Shown: piece after piece, positions 35,099 to 45,132 of the stretch
Position numbering within the stretch: position 1 is the stretch's first letter
Layout of the letters: the number at the start of each line of letters is the position of its first letter
Source: Candidatus Micrarchaeota archaeon
Lineage (GTDB): Archaea; Micrarchaeota; Micrarchaeia; Anstonellales; J096
DNA length: 64,000 bases
Direction of reading: 5' to 3'
Assembly: GCA_026982895.1 (NCBI GenBank)
Contig: JALWQW010000001.1
Coordinates: forward strand, 17,847 to 81,846
Translations under genes and position numbers: made by a program
The notes under the pieces: model-generated
Database searches by the model: none
Seen by the model: only the letters and a program-made list of their open reading frames with translations
What the model was told of the DNA's origin: nothing

Positions 35099-35482
35099 AT
35101 GCATTCAAAATTAAAAGATGAGGTTGCTAAATTATCTACTTTGCTTCCTAGAAAGTCGCGAAAGTTTTCTTCAATGAAAGTGCAAGCCCAGAGGTTTTTG
35201 AACGAAGTGGAGGATGATATTGTAAAAGCTCTCTTCATATACCTCACACCTTATTCTAAAAAAGACCGTGTTTTTGCCTTTGTAAATAGAGAAACATTCT
35301 CGCGTTTGAACGATTTCGCTAGTGAATATTTCAGTAGAGAAGATATTATCATTTATGCTCAATCTGTCGATAATTTGCTTGATATCGTCTTGTGGATAAA
35401 AAATGGTAGAGGAGCTCCGCCTTGGCCGCGTGCGCCATTAACTTATGGTAAGGAGTCATCAGATTCCAACCGCAAGCTTTAA
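35099..35482 (+). CDS. hypothetical protein
   Basis: ORF only. No recognised motif. Confidence 0.4.
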   Translation: MHSKLKDEVAKLSTLLPRKSRKFSSMKVQAQRFLNEVEDDIVKALFIYLTPYSKKDRVFAFVNRETFSRLNDFASEYFSREDIIIYAQSVDNLLDIVLWIKNGRGAPPWPRAPLTYGKESSDSNRKL

Positions 35483-35505
35483 AACCCATTTATCTATAAT
35501 ATTAT

Positions 35506-36231
35506 ATGCTCAGGCTGGAAAACCTCTATGTGCGTGGTAAGGATACCTCTTATATCGTGAAAGGCATTCATATTCATGTTAAGCCTGGGGAGATACATGC
35601 TCTTTTGGGACCTAATGGCTCTGGCAAAACCACCCTGCTTAACGCTTTGGCAGGCCATCCCAATTATCTCATGGAGGGCACCGCTTTATTTAACGGCAAA
35701 GTACTATCTAAATTAACGCCTGAAAAACGATTTAAGGAAGGTCTCATGCTTCTATTTCAACAGCCCCCATCTATAGAAGGCTTGCGTCTCTATGATTTCT
35801 TAAAGATGGTGTGGCTTACGCAGAAGGAATTAGATGACGACATAAAAAACATTCGACTATTCAACAATGATTTGAAAAAAGCCCTAGGAAGCGTCGGCGT
35901 TAAAGAAGATTTAATCTATCGCTCCTTTAACGACAAGTTTTCCGGCGGTGAAAAGAAGCGCATAGAACTTTTGCAGCTCGAGCTATTCAAACCAAAGCTT
36001 GCATTAATCGATGAGGTCGATGCTGGTTTGGATGTGCAGGCATTGGAGTTGCTTAAGAGCCGCCTGAAAGAACATGTTAAGGCAGGTAACTCTGCTTTAC
36101 TCGTTACACATAACTTTGATGTTCTTAATCATGTAAAGCCTTCTCGTGTTTATATCATGCTCTCGGGCAAAATCATAGAGACTGGCGATTTAGAAGTCGT
36201 TAAGCGCGCCCACAGAGCATGGAATGACTGA
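35506..36231 (+). CDS. sufC: Fe-S cluster assembly ATPase SufC (no sufB/sufD adjacent)
   Basis: Walker A GPNGSGKTT. SufC-typical LAGHPNY, FSGGEKKRIELLQ, DEVDAGLDVQAL. Confidence 0.8.
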   Translation: MLRLENLYVRGKDTSYIVKGIHIHVKPGEIHALLGPNGSGKTTLLNALAGHPNYLMEGTALFNGKVLSKLTPEKRFKEGLMLLFQQPPSIEGLRLYDFLKMVWLTQKELDDDIKNIRLFNNDLKKALGSVGVKEDLIYRSFNDKFSGGEKKRIELLQLELFKPKLALIDEVDAGLDVQALELLKSRLKEHVKAGNSALLVTHNFDVLNHVKPSRVYIMLSGKIIETGDLEVVKRAHRAWND

Positions 36232-36266
36232 CGCTCTAAAAAAGCCCCTCCTAAGATTGCCTTTTT

Positions 36267-36620
36267 TCACAACCCCTTTGAAGGTGATAGAGGGAGTTCA
36301 TGCTTGAATCTATAGCTGTCTATGAGCATTGCAGCCTTCTTTATGGATTCTGACCTATTAGAATAGACATCTGTTAAGCCTTCTTTTATGAGCTGTTTTA
36401 CATACAAGCCAAAATCTGAAAGATTCGTTGAGCCATCTTCCAGCATTTTTTCTATCACAATGGCCACGATTTCCTTTCCCACTTTGTCGAAGCCCCATGT
36501 TGCTAGGGCATAGGTTACCTGATTTATAAAGTGCTCTCTATCAGCATTATTCGCTCTTTTCCATAATATGACGAGCTTTTTCTTATATTCCAAAGGAAAA
36601 TCTGCAAAAGGACCTTTCAT
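36267..36620 (-). CDS. hypothetical protein
   Basis: 117-aa ORF overlapping its upstream partner by 4 nt. Confidence 0.5.
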   Translation of the reverse strand: MKGPFADFPLEYKKKLVILWKRANNADREHFINQVTYALATWGFDKVGKEIVAIVIEKMLEDGSTNLSDFGLYVKQLIKEGLTDVYSNRSESIKKAAMLIDSYRFKHELPLSPSKGL

Positions 36621-37027
36621 AATCTCACCTCCTCAGCCAAAAAATTCCTTACTCTGCTAAGAGAGCTTAGATTTTTTTCAGCTTCTTCTTTAACATAAGC
36701 CTTTATCGCTTGAAATTTCTTCTCATCAACTTGTAGGGATGGCTTTCTTTTATTCAGCAACTTTTCCAATTCTCCTTTACTTATGTGGCTTGCCCTCAAA
36801 AGTGCAGGTTCAAGGATTTGAGTTTCTATTATGTTTTCCAAATATACCTCTAAGGTTTTTGGATTCATTCTATTAAGCACATCTTCGAAGCTTTCCATAG
36901 AATCGTTTATCTCTGCCAGACTGTGAAAATCTTTCCCTTTGTAATTAACATCTACTTTGGTGATGGGTTCTGTCTTTCTTAAAGAAAATTCTTCTTCTTT
37001 CTCTTTCAAGGCCTTTTCCTTTGCCAT
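36617..37027 (-). CDS. hypothetical helical protein
   Basis: 136-aa ORF, charged and coiled-coil-like. First gene of a 2-gene unit. Confidence 0.5.
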   Translation of the reverse strand: MAKEKALKEKEEEFSLRKTEPITKVDVNYKGKDFHSLAEINDSMESFEDVLNRMNPKTLEVYLENIIETQILEPALLRASHISKGELEKLLNKRKPSLQVDEKKFQAIKAYVKEEAEKNLSSLSRVRNFLAEEVRL

Positions 37028-37076
37028 ATAATCCTATCTCATTAATAATTTAAAAACCTTCCTATCTGACACATAT

Positions 37077-38606
37077 GTGCTTTTGGAACTTGGACTGTCT
37101 TTTATGAGAATGCTCTCTGCATACATTCTATCACTAGGCGTTGCATATTCTGTTGGCTATATCATGGCTAGAAATCGTCTATTCGAGAAATTCTTAATGC
37201 CCTTTATAGATATCCTTCAATCCGTGCCCATACTAACATTCTTTCCTGTTGCACTCTATGTATTCATACAATTAGCCCCGACGACACTCGGCCCTGAAAT
37301 AGCAGTTGTCTTCCTAATATTCACGAGTATGGTTTGGAACCTGATATTCGCTGTTTATGAAAGCCTTTTGGATTTGCCCCTCTATTTGAAGGATGTTTCA
37401 AAGATGTTTGGCATGAATCGTTTTGCTAAATTGTTTAGAATATATATACCCCTAACTCTTCGCGAAATTATTCCGAACTCAATGGTTAGTTGGGCCAATG
37501 GCTGGTATTTTCTTATAGCCACTGAAATTATTGTTATAGGCTCTCAGCGTTATGAGCTTAAAGGCATAGGCAGCTATTTAATGAATGAGGCTATAGCTGA
37601 GCATTTTGGCAATGTTCTGGTCGGCATAGCGGCTGTTACTGGTTTAATTCTCTTTATGAATCTCTTTATTTGGAAACCCATTTTAGCATCTCTCTCCCTT
37701 ATTTTTTCAGGCAAAAAGGAATGGAACATTTATGATTATCTTCTTAGCCCTTTGCCGACGCAGGGGAGCTTCGTTTTAAGAAAACTTAAATCCATATGGG
37801 CGGCGATTTATTATTCTTTGAGGGATTTGCCTATGGACCCTCTTTTAACGGCTGGGAAGCTTGCTGTAGAGGCTTTGCTCGTCGTTTTGTTCGTCGTGTT
37901 CTTATGGCACAGCTTATGGGCTGTTGCCTTTGCCTTCAACCATCTTCCGAAGGAAGCCCCAACCATACCTTTGGCGTTTGTGCTGTCATTTTTGCGGATA
38001 ATGGCGGCTTTTGTCTTGAGCCTCTTATGGACACTGCCTGTGGCGTATCTCCTCAGAAAATCCCCTAAAATTGAAACCCTTGTATTACCTCTCTTCGAAG
38101 TTCTGGCTGCCATACCTGTTACAGCCCTCTTTCCTATTCTTATAATTCTCTTGTTGGAATTTAGTCCTGACTTGAATTTTGCGTCGGTAGTTTTTCTTAT
38201 GACTGGCATGCAGTGGTATCTCTTCTTCAACATCTATGGCGGTTTAAGGTCGTTGCCTGCTTTTGCCGAGGATTTGAAGAAGCTTTTCAGGGTTTCTGAA
38301 AAGAGCTATATAAAGAATGTCATATTTCCTGGCATCCTGCCGTTGCTTGTCGTTGGAGCTATAAGCGCTATAGGCGGCGGATGGAATGCTGTTATTGTAG
38401 CGGAGTTTTTCCAAACAAAGACAGGTATTAAAAGTGTTTTAGGTATAGGCTCCTTAATGGATAAGGCGTTGTATTCGCAGGGCAGTCTTCCGCTCCTTGT
38501 TTTAACGGCGTTGAGCGTAGGTGTAGTTATCCCATTAATAAACATTTTCATATGGAGGCCCATAATGAAGAGGGCATCTGCCATAGGGGGGCGAGTAAAT
38601 GGCTAA
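37077..38606 (+). CDS. ABC transporter permease, duplicated (two fused BPD-type domains), NitT/TauT-like
   Basis: About 12 TM. Two copies of the EAA-like loop region: DVSKMFGMNRFAKLFRIYIPL and DLKKLFRVSEKSYIKNVIFPG. Confidence 0.75.
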   Translation: MLLELGLSFMRMLSAYILSLGVAYSVGYIMARNRLFEKFLMPFIDILQSVPILTFFPVALYVFIQLAPTTLGPEIAVVFLIFTSMVWNLIFAVYESLLDLPLYLKDVSKMFGMNRFAKLFRIYIPLTLREIIPNSMVSWANGWYFLIATEIIVIGSQRYELKGIGSYLMNEAIAEHFGNVLVGIAAVTGLILFMNLFIWKPILASLSLIFSGKKEWNIYDYLLSPLPTQGSFVLRKLKSIWAAIYYSLRDLPMDPLLTAGKLAVEALLVVLFVVFLWHSLWAVAFAFNHLPKEAPTIPLAFVLSFLRIMAAFVLSLLWTLPVAYLLRKSPKIETLVLPLFEVLAAIPVTALFPILIILLLEFSPDLNFASVVFLMTGMQWYLFFNIYGGLRSLPAFAEDLKKLFRVSEKSYIKNVIFPGILPLLVVGAISAIGGGWNAVIVAEFFQTKTGIKSVLGIGSLMDKALYSQGSLPLLVLTALSVGVVIPLINIFIWRPIMKRASAIGGRVNG

Positions 38607-39357
38607 ACACGAGCGCATTTTGGTTGTGAAGCAGCTCGCCAAAGCTTATGGCGGCGATCCAGATAAAGGCTGGATATTTCGAGATGTTGATTTTGCCCTG
38701 CATAAAGGCAGAATTTTGGCTATAATTGGTCCATCGGGCTCTGGCAAAACGGCTATGCTCAGAACTATTGCAGGATTGGAAAAGCATGAAAGCGGCACAA
38801 TACACTTTACATACGCTAAAGGTCCTCATCAAGATTTGGTTTCCATGACCTTTGAAGAGCCTGCTTTACTGCCGTGGCTCACCGTCGAGCAGAATGTTAA
38901 GCTTGCTTTGGAACATCTCAACCTTCCAAGAGAGGCTGAGGAGCGTCGCATTGCCGAGGCGTTGTCTGTTGTTGGTATGCAGGGTTACGAGGATGTGTTT
39001 CCTTTTGAATTGTCTAAGAGCATGCAGAGAAAAGCCAGTTTAGCTCGCTCTCTATCTGTTGATCCCATTGTTTTGCTCATGGATGAGCCTTTTGATAACC
39101 TAGACCCCCTCAGCGCCCTTGCCTTAAAAGAGGAGCTTCTCCGCCTTCTCTCAGATGAGCAACCTGTCGAGGGTGTTATATTCTCTACGAATAGCGTTGA
39201 AACTGCTGTTAGCACTGCTCATGAAATTCTTATACTCGGTGGAGAAGGAGGAAAACCAAAGGCAAAAATTCCCGTGAATGTGCCGTTCCCTAGGGATTTA
39301 AAAAGCAAAACCCTTCAAGCTTATATTGATGAGGTTTATGAATATCTATTAGATTAG
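38599..39357 (+). CDS. ABC transporter ATP-binding protein (NitT/TauT-like)
   Basis: Walker A GPSGSGKTA, signature LSKSMQRKASLAR, Walker B LLMDEPF. 8-nt overlap with the permease gene. Confidence 0.85.
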   Translation: MAKHERILVVKQLAKAYGGDPDKGWIFRDVDFALHKGRILAIIGPSGSGKTAMLRTIAGLEKHESGTIHFTYAKGPHQDLVSMTFEEPALLPWLTVEQNVKLALEHLNLPREAEERRIAEALSVVGMQGYEDVFPFELSKSMQRKASLARSLSVDPIVLLMDEPFDNLDPLSALALKEELLRLLSDEQPVEGVIFSTNSVETAVSTAHEILILGGEGGKPKAKIPVNVPFPRDLKSKTLQAYIDEVYEYLLD

Positions 39358-39365
39358 GTGATAAG

Positions 39366-39827
39366 ATGTATAGAATACCCTTTGCTGACATTATCGAGGT
39401 GATTGGCCTCTTGGAGCTTGTCAATGATTATGCTGGCGAGGCTCCTCTCGACGAAATTCACAACTATACAGGAATCGAATTTGATGAATTAAAGCCCGTC
39501 GTTGAGTCTGCTAAGATTCTTGGCTTGATAGAATTGAAAGGCCAAAAGCTTCGCTTGACTGATATCGCTAAAAAGCTTTTGAACATGGACCCTGAAGAGA
39601 GAAAGGCCTTTATAGCCTCGAAGATTCGCCAGCTTCCCATTTTTAAGAAGATTGTCGAGGAATTGGAAAAGAGGGGAAGCATAGCACATGCTGATTTAGA
39701 GAAGATATTGGAGGAGCAAACCTATGATGTAGATGATGCTTTGAAGAGCGTAATCTCATGGGGAACTTATGCCATGATTTTCGATTATGACCACAACGAC
39801 GGCAAGGTTCTGCCATGGAGGGATTAA
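39366..39827 (+). CDS. ABC-associated accessory protein (AAA-associated-domain-like, tentative)
   Basis: 153-aa ORF directly after the ATPase gene. Resembles the stand-alone C-terminal domain found with NitT/TauT ATPases (from memory). Confidence 0.5.
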   Translation: MYRIPFADIIEVIGLLELVNDYAGEAPLDEIHNYTGIEFDELKPVVESAKILGLIELKGQKLRLTDIAKKLLNMDPEERKAFIASKIRQLPIFKKIVEELEKRGSIAHADLEKILEEQTYDVDDALKSVISWGTYAMIFDYDHNDGKVLPWRD

Positions 39828-41351
39828 GTGCCTGGCGACGAGCGCAATCACAAGCCCAAAAGCAGCCCGAAAACATACAACGAGGTTTCCAGGAGAAATA
39901 GATTTAGGGCAGATTTTGAAGGAAGGCAGGTTGCTCTTAACCTTGGCAGGGAACTCCGTGCGACGAGCGAAGCAGAAGTAGAAGCTTTGAATAGGAGAAG
40001 GTATATACGCGTAGGCGAAACTGTCGTTGAACTAGAGTTTGACGGAATGCCTGCCTATGCCTTGGATAAGCTTTACTTTACTGTTTTGGCTGTTGATTTT
40101 AATGGCAAAGTCTTGTGGGCTAATAACCAGACTGCTAGAAATATCTCTATATGGGAAGAGGAGACAGGCCAAGAAGCTCCTATAAAGGGCGGCGAAGAAT
40201 ATATTGATAAGAGTATGTTCGATTTCATACAGGGCGAGGAGGAAAAGGAGCGCTACAAAGAGATTTTATCCTATGTTAAAAAAGGATACACAGTTTTTTC
40301 GTATGTCGATGCTAAAGAGGACGAAGATATGCCCTGTGATTCTCGTGAATTTTCTAAAAATGCACTTATATATAAGAAGCTCAATATGATTCTGAATGGA
40401 GAGGAGAGAGAAGTCGTTCTACAGTTGGGCATAACCTTTACTCAAGCCATAAATCTTTTGAAGAACCTCTCCTTTATTAGGAATAGTCAGAAGGCCCGAG
40501 GGAAACGCAAGGCTTTTTTCATGTGGAAGCACATTGCGCCTCGCCATTTAAATGATGTTAAACAGCAGGAGAGGCTTCACATTCCACACACACAGCTTAC
40601 CCTATCAAAGCCCTCTGCGTTTTCACAACCAATCAATCCATATCTTCTATTGGCATCAATACCTTTGATAACATCTGTAAGCCCACCATCGAATCGTTCT
40701 TATCCAGATAACCACCCAGTTTATGATAATACTTATGACGCGGATGAGGCACGCCATAACAGAGGAAGCAGTGCAAAATCGTCTAACAGCAGCTCTCCAT
40801 CTGATAATTCACCCAATTATTCATTTAATTATTACACTTATACTTTAAAAGATGGCTGTCGTCGCATATTAACTCTTCCTCGATCTAAAAGTGCAATTAA
40901 TCGTGTTGAGGATGAGCTACTTGCAACAGAGAAATTTGCCAACACGCAGAGGTATGCGAATAAAATCATTGACACCCTGCCTCTAAAAAAAGCATCTCCT
41001 AGCAATATTCAAAATGCTCAATCGTATAAAGAATCGTTTGCTGATAACATCTCAATTGGGCGTAGCAACTATGATACTTACGATAAAAGCCAGGAGAAAA
41101 CGCCAAATATCCTGCTTCAACGACCTAACACACTTTTGACTAATTCCCCTCTAAACAAATCTAGAAAAGGGAAGGAGGGGACAATACGAAACAGCGCACT
41201 TTTGAATGGGGTGCAGGAGGAAGAAGATAAACTGAAGCTCATTGCTACTAAACAGCGTGTAAATAAAGGGGCTGATAAAGATGATTTGGTTGTTTTAAAG
41301 CCCTTTACTCTCAAGGTGTATGTATATGCGAATAAAGTTCAGCGACGCTGA
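39828..41351 (+). CDS. hypothetical protein with PAS-like domain and Ser/Asn/Pro/Tyr-rich low-complexity C-half; start uncertain
   Basis: GTG lies immediately after the upstream stop. The first ATG is at 40047. LAVDFNGKVLWANNQTARNI resembles a PAS N-terminal strand pair. Confidence 0.45.
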   Translation: MPGDERNHKPKSSPKTYNEVSRRNRFRADFEGRQVALNLGRELRATSEAEVEALNRRRYIRVGETVVELEFDGMPAYALDKLYFTVLAVDFNGKVLWANNQTARNISIWEEETGQEAPIKGGEEYIDKSMFDFIQGEEEKERYKEILSYVKKGYTVFSYVDAKEDEDMPCDSREFSKNALIYKKLNMILNGEEREVVLQLGITFTQAINLLKNLSFIRNSQKARGKRKAFFMWKHIAPRHLNDVKQQERLHIPHTQLTLSKPSAFSQPINPYLLLASIPLITSVSPPSNRSYPDNHPVYDNTYDADEARHNRGSSAKSSNSSSPSDNSPNYSFNYYTYTLKDGCRRILTLPRSKSAINRVEDELLATEKFANTQRYANKIIDTLPLKKASPSNIQNAQSYKESFADNISIGRSNYDTYDKSQEKTPNILLQRPNTLLTNSPLNKSRKGKEGTIRNSALLNGVQEEEDKLKLIATKQRVNKGADKDDLVVLKPFTLKVYVYANKVQRR

Positions 41352-41994
41352 AGTTGTCTTCGACGGCGAAATTTTATACTTAAAAGTAAAGGAACTTATC
41401 TATCCTTTATCTCCTTCTAAATTTGGATATTCAACTTATCCCAAGAAGCTTATGATTTTTGGTGGCGATGAAGAAGTGTCGTCTAATCACAGATTATATA
41501 CCTTTTTTCTTACAGAGCAGGGCAGTAAAAGAGTCGTCGAAGCATCCGCTCTCTTCGAGCCAAAGACATTTTCAATGACCACCTCCACTTATAATCTTTC
41601 TTTCCCGCTGTTTTCCCCTGTCGATGTTAAGACAAAGGAAGGTGCTACACTTCTTACATCAAACACGGCGTATGTTTTGCTGAGGCGTGGGAAGGTTATG
41701 TCTGCCAACATCGGCGATAAAATTTTGGCATCAGATATAGGGAAGGATGGCCGCTCAGCTGTTGTGGTAACAAAAAACACAATACAGCTTGTATCTGAGG
41801 ATCAACGCTATGAAATAAAAATTGATAAACCATTCGCTTCCTCCATTAACATATCTACCGACAATGAAAAAGGATTCTTTTCAGTTTTCTTTATAACCGA
41901 TGGAAAGCAAAGCTATCGCGTTGGCTTGAAAGAGGGAGGTGAAGTTTTATATGGACATAGGCCAAATATATTCTATGCCCACAAAAAAGATTGA
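41320..41994 (+). CDS. hypothetical beta-rich protein
   Basis: 224-aa ORF with ATG start, overlapping the upstream gene by 32 nt. Confidence 0.5.
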   Translation: MYMRIKFSDAEVVFDGEILYLKVKELIYPLSPSKFGYSTYPKKLMIFGGDEEVSSNHRLYTFFLTEQGSKRVVEASALFEPKTFSMTTSTYNLSFPLFSPVDVKTKEGATLLTSNTAYVLLRRGKVMSANIGDKILASDIGKDGRSAVVVTKNTIQLVSEDQRYEIKIDKPFASSINISTDNEKGFFSVFFITDGKQSYRVGLKEGGEVLYGHRPNIFYAHKKD

Positions 41995-42760
41995 TTTCAT
42001 GCAATTGCCCTTAGCCTTACAAGAGCGCGCAGCTTATCGTTTTCTGGCTTTGCCTTATGAAGAAACGACATCTTATCTAAAGGGCACTTCAAAAGCTCCT
42101 GAAGCTGTAATTAATGAAAGCCACAATGTGGAACCCTTTGATTTAGGTGTTAACGCAGCGTCAAGAGGAATTAAAACACAATGGCTTAATAATCCAGAGG
42201 AATATAATATCGAGGGGCAAAATGAAGGAAGGTCTTTTGATGTTATTGTTGGTGGAGAGCACACACTTACTTATTATACTGCTTTGAAGCATGAAATAAA
42301 TACCCTATTTATTTTCGACGCTCATCTTGACTTATACAACGAGTATAATGGGAAAAGTTTAGCCCATGCTACATGGTTGAGGCGTTATATTGAGGAAAAG
42401 CCTGGTGTTGAGGTGTATGTTTTTGGCGTAAGGGTTGGAAGTGAAGATGAATTTATTTTCGCTAACAACAACGGTGTAAAAATTAACGATGCTCTTTTAC
42501 CTAAGGGCAAAAAAATCTATTTGTCCGTAGATGTCGATGCCCTGGACATCTCTGCGATGCCATGCACTTCCAATCCAGAGCCTGCTGGCCTTTCTTGGGA
42601 AACTTTGTTTGGCATATCTGAAAGCTTATTTTCTCGAAATAATATCGTCGCTGCTGATGTTGTGGAACATAAACCCTGTAAAGAGCTGCCCCAATTTAGC
42701 TATGCTGTGGCCAAACTTATATATAGGCTGTTTTCATTAAAAGAAAAATATAGAGGTTAA
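41975..42760 (+). CDS. speB: agmatinase/arginase-family ureohydrolase
   Basis: Metal-binding motifs GGEHTLT, DAHLDL, SVDVDALD. Start is approximate: candidate starts at 41939 (GTG, track ORF start), ATG 41975 and ATG 41999. Confidence 0.8.
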   Translation: MPTKKIDFMQLPLALQERAAYRFLALPYEETTSYLKGTSKAPEAVINESHNVEPFDLGVNAASRGIKTQWLNNPEEYNIEGQNEGRSFDVIVGGEHTLTYYTALKHEINTLFIFDAHLDLYNEYNGKSLAHATWLRRYIEEKPGVEVYVFGVRVGSEDEFIFANNNGVKINDALLPKGKKIYLSVDVDALDISAMPCTSNPEPAGLSWETLFGISESLFSRNNIVAADVVEHKPCKELPQFSYAVAKLIYRLFSLKEKYRG

Positions 42761-42763
42761 AAA

Positions 42764-44245
42764 TTACTCTTCCACCTTTTTGAAGAGCATTAGTTCCTCA
42801 GGTATAGTGGCTTCATCGCCTAATTTGCCTAATTCGACATCCTTAATGTTTAGGTTTATGTTGAAGCTTTCCATAACCTTTTTCGTCGAAACAGGAAGAA
42901 GTGGCTTCAGTAAAGTGGTCATATATAAGAATGCCTCAAGTGTATTCCTTAGAATCTCTTTTGCCTCTTCACCTTCCTTGCGCCATGGTTCTTTCTCGTT
43001 TAAATATGCATTTATATCGCCTATGCCGTGAAGGAAGGATTCGCCGTAAAAGTTCAGCAGTTTTTCTACATCGTTTGCCTCTGCCAACTCAATTATTTTT
43101 TCTTTTATGTTTTCGAGCTTTTTGAATCGCTCGTCCAATTCTTTTGGACTTTCTCCTTTAGAATCTCCAAAGGCTCTCTGCCAGAGTTTAGCCAGCCTAT
43201 TCGCTAAATTTCCATAGTGGCCTAGAAGCTCGCTGTTATGTGCTTCTTTAAACCCTTTCCAGCTGAAATCTCCATCGTCTCCAAAAGGAACTTTTGTTAG
43301 GAGATAATAACGGAGCGTATCAACGCTATATCTCTCTGCGACCTCTAGAGGGTCTATGACATTGCCCAAGCTTTTACTCATCTTCTTTCCATCTACTGTT
43401 AAAAAGCCATGGGCTATTTCTCTCTTCGGCAGTTCATAACCTGCTGAGATAAGCATGGCGGGCCAAAGAACGCTGTGGAACCATATAATGTCTTTTCCCA
43501 TGAATTGCAAATCAGGAGGCCAGAATTCCATCTTGCCATCCAACCCACTCATATAATTGAGTAGGGCGTCGAACCATACATACGCAACATGCCCTTCATC
43601 AAAGGGCAGGGTTATACCCCAACTTACCTGACTCACGGGCCGTGATATACATATGTCTTTAATGTCGTCCATTTTGTTGAGGATTTCTTCTTTGTATTTT
43701 GGGGATAAAAACTTGGGATTTTCCTTGAAATATTTGAGCAGCTCATCTTTATATTTTGTCAATTTGAAGAAATATGCGTCGATTCTCTTTTTCTCCACAG
43801 GCTTATGGTGATAGGGGCATAGCAAGCCGGGCATGAGTTCCTTTTCAGTATAATATCTCTCGCAACCTACACAATAGTATCCTTCATAAACATCCTTGTA
43901 TATATCGCCTTTCTCATAAACTTTCCTCAGTACATCCCTGACGAGCTTTTTATGTCCATCTTCAGTGGTTCGTATGAATCTGTCATAGCTTATTCCCAAT
44001 TTCTTCCAGGCTGCTTTGAAGCTGTCAGCCATTTCATCCACTAATTCTTGTGGGCTTTTTCCTTTACTTTCAGCAGATTTTTGTATCTTCTCGCCGTGTT
44101 CATCCACGCCTGTTAAAAAGTATGTCTTATAACCAAGTTCCCTGTAAAGGCGAGCGAAGAAATCGGACACAATTGTTGTGTATGCGCTTCCTATATGTGG
44201 TTTTGAGTTTGGATAATAAATTGGGGTCGTTATGAAACGCTTCAT
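42764..44245 (-). CDS. metG: methionyl-tRNA synthetase (core enzyme, no C-terminal dimerisation domain)
   Basis: HIGH-type PHIGSAY, KMSKS, zinc knuckle CVGCERYY..CPYHH. Confidence 0.9.
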   Translation of the reverse strand: MKRFITTPIYYPNSKPHIGSAYTTIVSDFFARLYRELGYKTYFLTGVDEHGEKIQKSAESKGKSPQELVDEMADSFKAAWKKLGISYDRFIRTTEDGHKKLVRDVLRKVYEKGDIYKDVYEGYYCVGCERYYTEKELMPGLLCPYHHKPVEKKRIDAYFFKLTKYKDELLKYFKENPKFLSPKYKEEILNKMDDIKDICISRPVSQVSWGITLPFDEGHVAYVWFDALLNYMSGLDGKMEFWPPDLQFMGKDIIWFHSVLWPAMLISAGYELPKREIAHGFLTVDGKKMSKSLGNVIDPLEVAERYSVDTLRYYLLTKVPFGDDGDFSWKGFKEAHNSELLGHYGNLANRLAKLWQRAFGDSKGESPKELDERFKKLENIKEKIIELAEANDVEKLLNFYGESFLHGIGDINAYLNEKEPWRKEGEEAKEILRNTLEAFLYMTTLLKPLLPVSTKKVMESFNINLNIKDVELGKLGDEATIPEELMLFKKVEE

Positions 44246-44262
44246 TCTATCCTGCCTCTCAA

Positions 44263-45009
44263 TTATTCGTTCCCTTCTGAAGCAGGAGCTAGGTAATATC
44301 TAATTTTAGCACCCTCTACTGTCAATTCCATTTTGAGGGGCATATCTGTATTCATATAAAGCCTTACGAGGTCGCCTTTGCTTACTGATTTCAGTATATC
44401 ATCCAAGTATTTGACAGGGTAAAGGGCTCCTGCCTTTTCTTCGACCTTGACTTCGAGTATTTCTTCGCCTTTTTCGAACTCTTCTTTAACCTCACCGAAG
44501 TCGCTCTTGGCAGCAGCAGCGAAACCGTCTGGGGTCATCTCGAATCGGATGTAATTTGCTACGATGCTCGCGTCTTTTATGATATCTTTGAGAGCTCCTG
44601 CATCCATCTTCAAATTATTAATGTACTCGACATTCGGCTCCTTATTGAAGCCGCCTTGGCTCAACTCAAGAAGAGGCACTTTGAAGGACCTCTTACTCTT
44701 TTTGCCTATAAATCGGATTTTGAGCATCTTGCCATCTAATTCCAAGCCCAATTTCTCTTCTGCCTTTGCTCGTTTCAATATGTTTTTCAAGTAGTTTATA
44801 TCCAAGCCAAGCTGCTCCTTTTTCTCAACTTCGTATTCGTTAAACATGTCTTTTGATATGGCGAAAGCTATCATGGAAACCTGACTTGGGTCCATGGCTA
44901 TGAGTCCTATACCATCTTCATTCACTTCTAATGTGCCCTCATCTATAATATTCCACACAATTTCCATTGCCTTAGCGAAGCCCTTGGCTGACGGATAAAT
45001 TAGTTTCAT
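44263..45009 (-). CDS. pcn: DNA polymerase sliding clamp PCNA
   Basis: 248 aa with a two-domain repeat. LIAMDPSQVSMI and C-terminal YYLAP motif. Confidence 0.9.
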   Translation of the reverse strand: MKLIYPSAKGFAKAMEIVWNIIDEGTLEVNEDGIGLIAMDPSQVSMIAFAISKDMFNEYEVEKKEQLGLDINYLKNILKRAKAEEKLGLELDGKMLKIRFIGKKSKRSFKVPLLELSQGGFNKEPNVEYINNLKMDAGALKDIIKDASIVANYIRFEMTPDGFAAAAKSDFGEVKEEFEKGEEILEVKVEEKAGALYPVKYLDDILKSVSKGDLVRLYMNTDMPLKMELTVEGAKIRYYLAPASEGNE

Positions 45010-45132
45010 CTTAACACCTCATGCCCTTTTATTTGAAAATATATATAAAGCTTGTGTATTCGCATTATTCGCCTTTTACAACTTTTTATACTCAGGAGGT
45101 TTAGAAAAACACGAATAAAGGGTGGAACAGAG

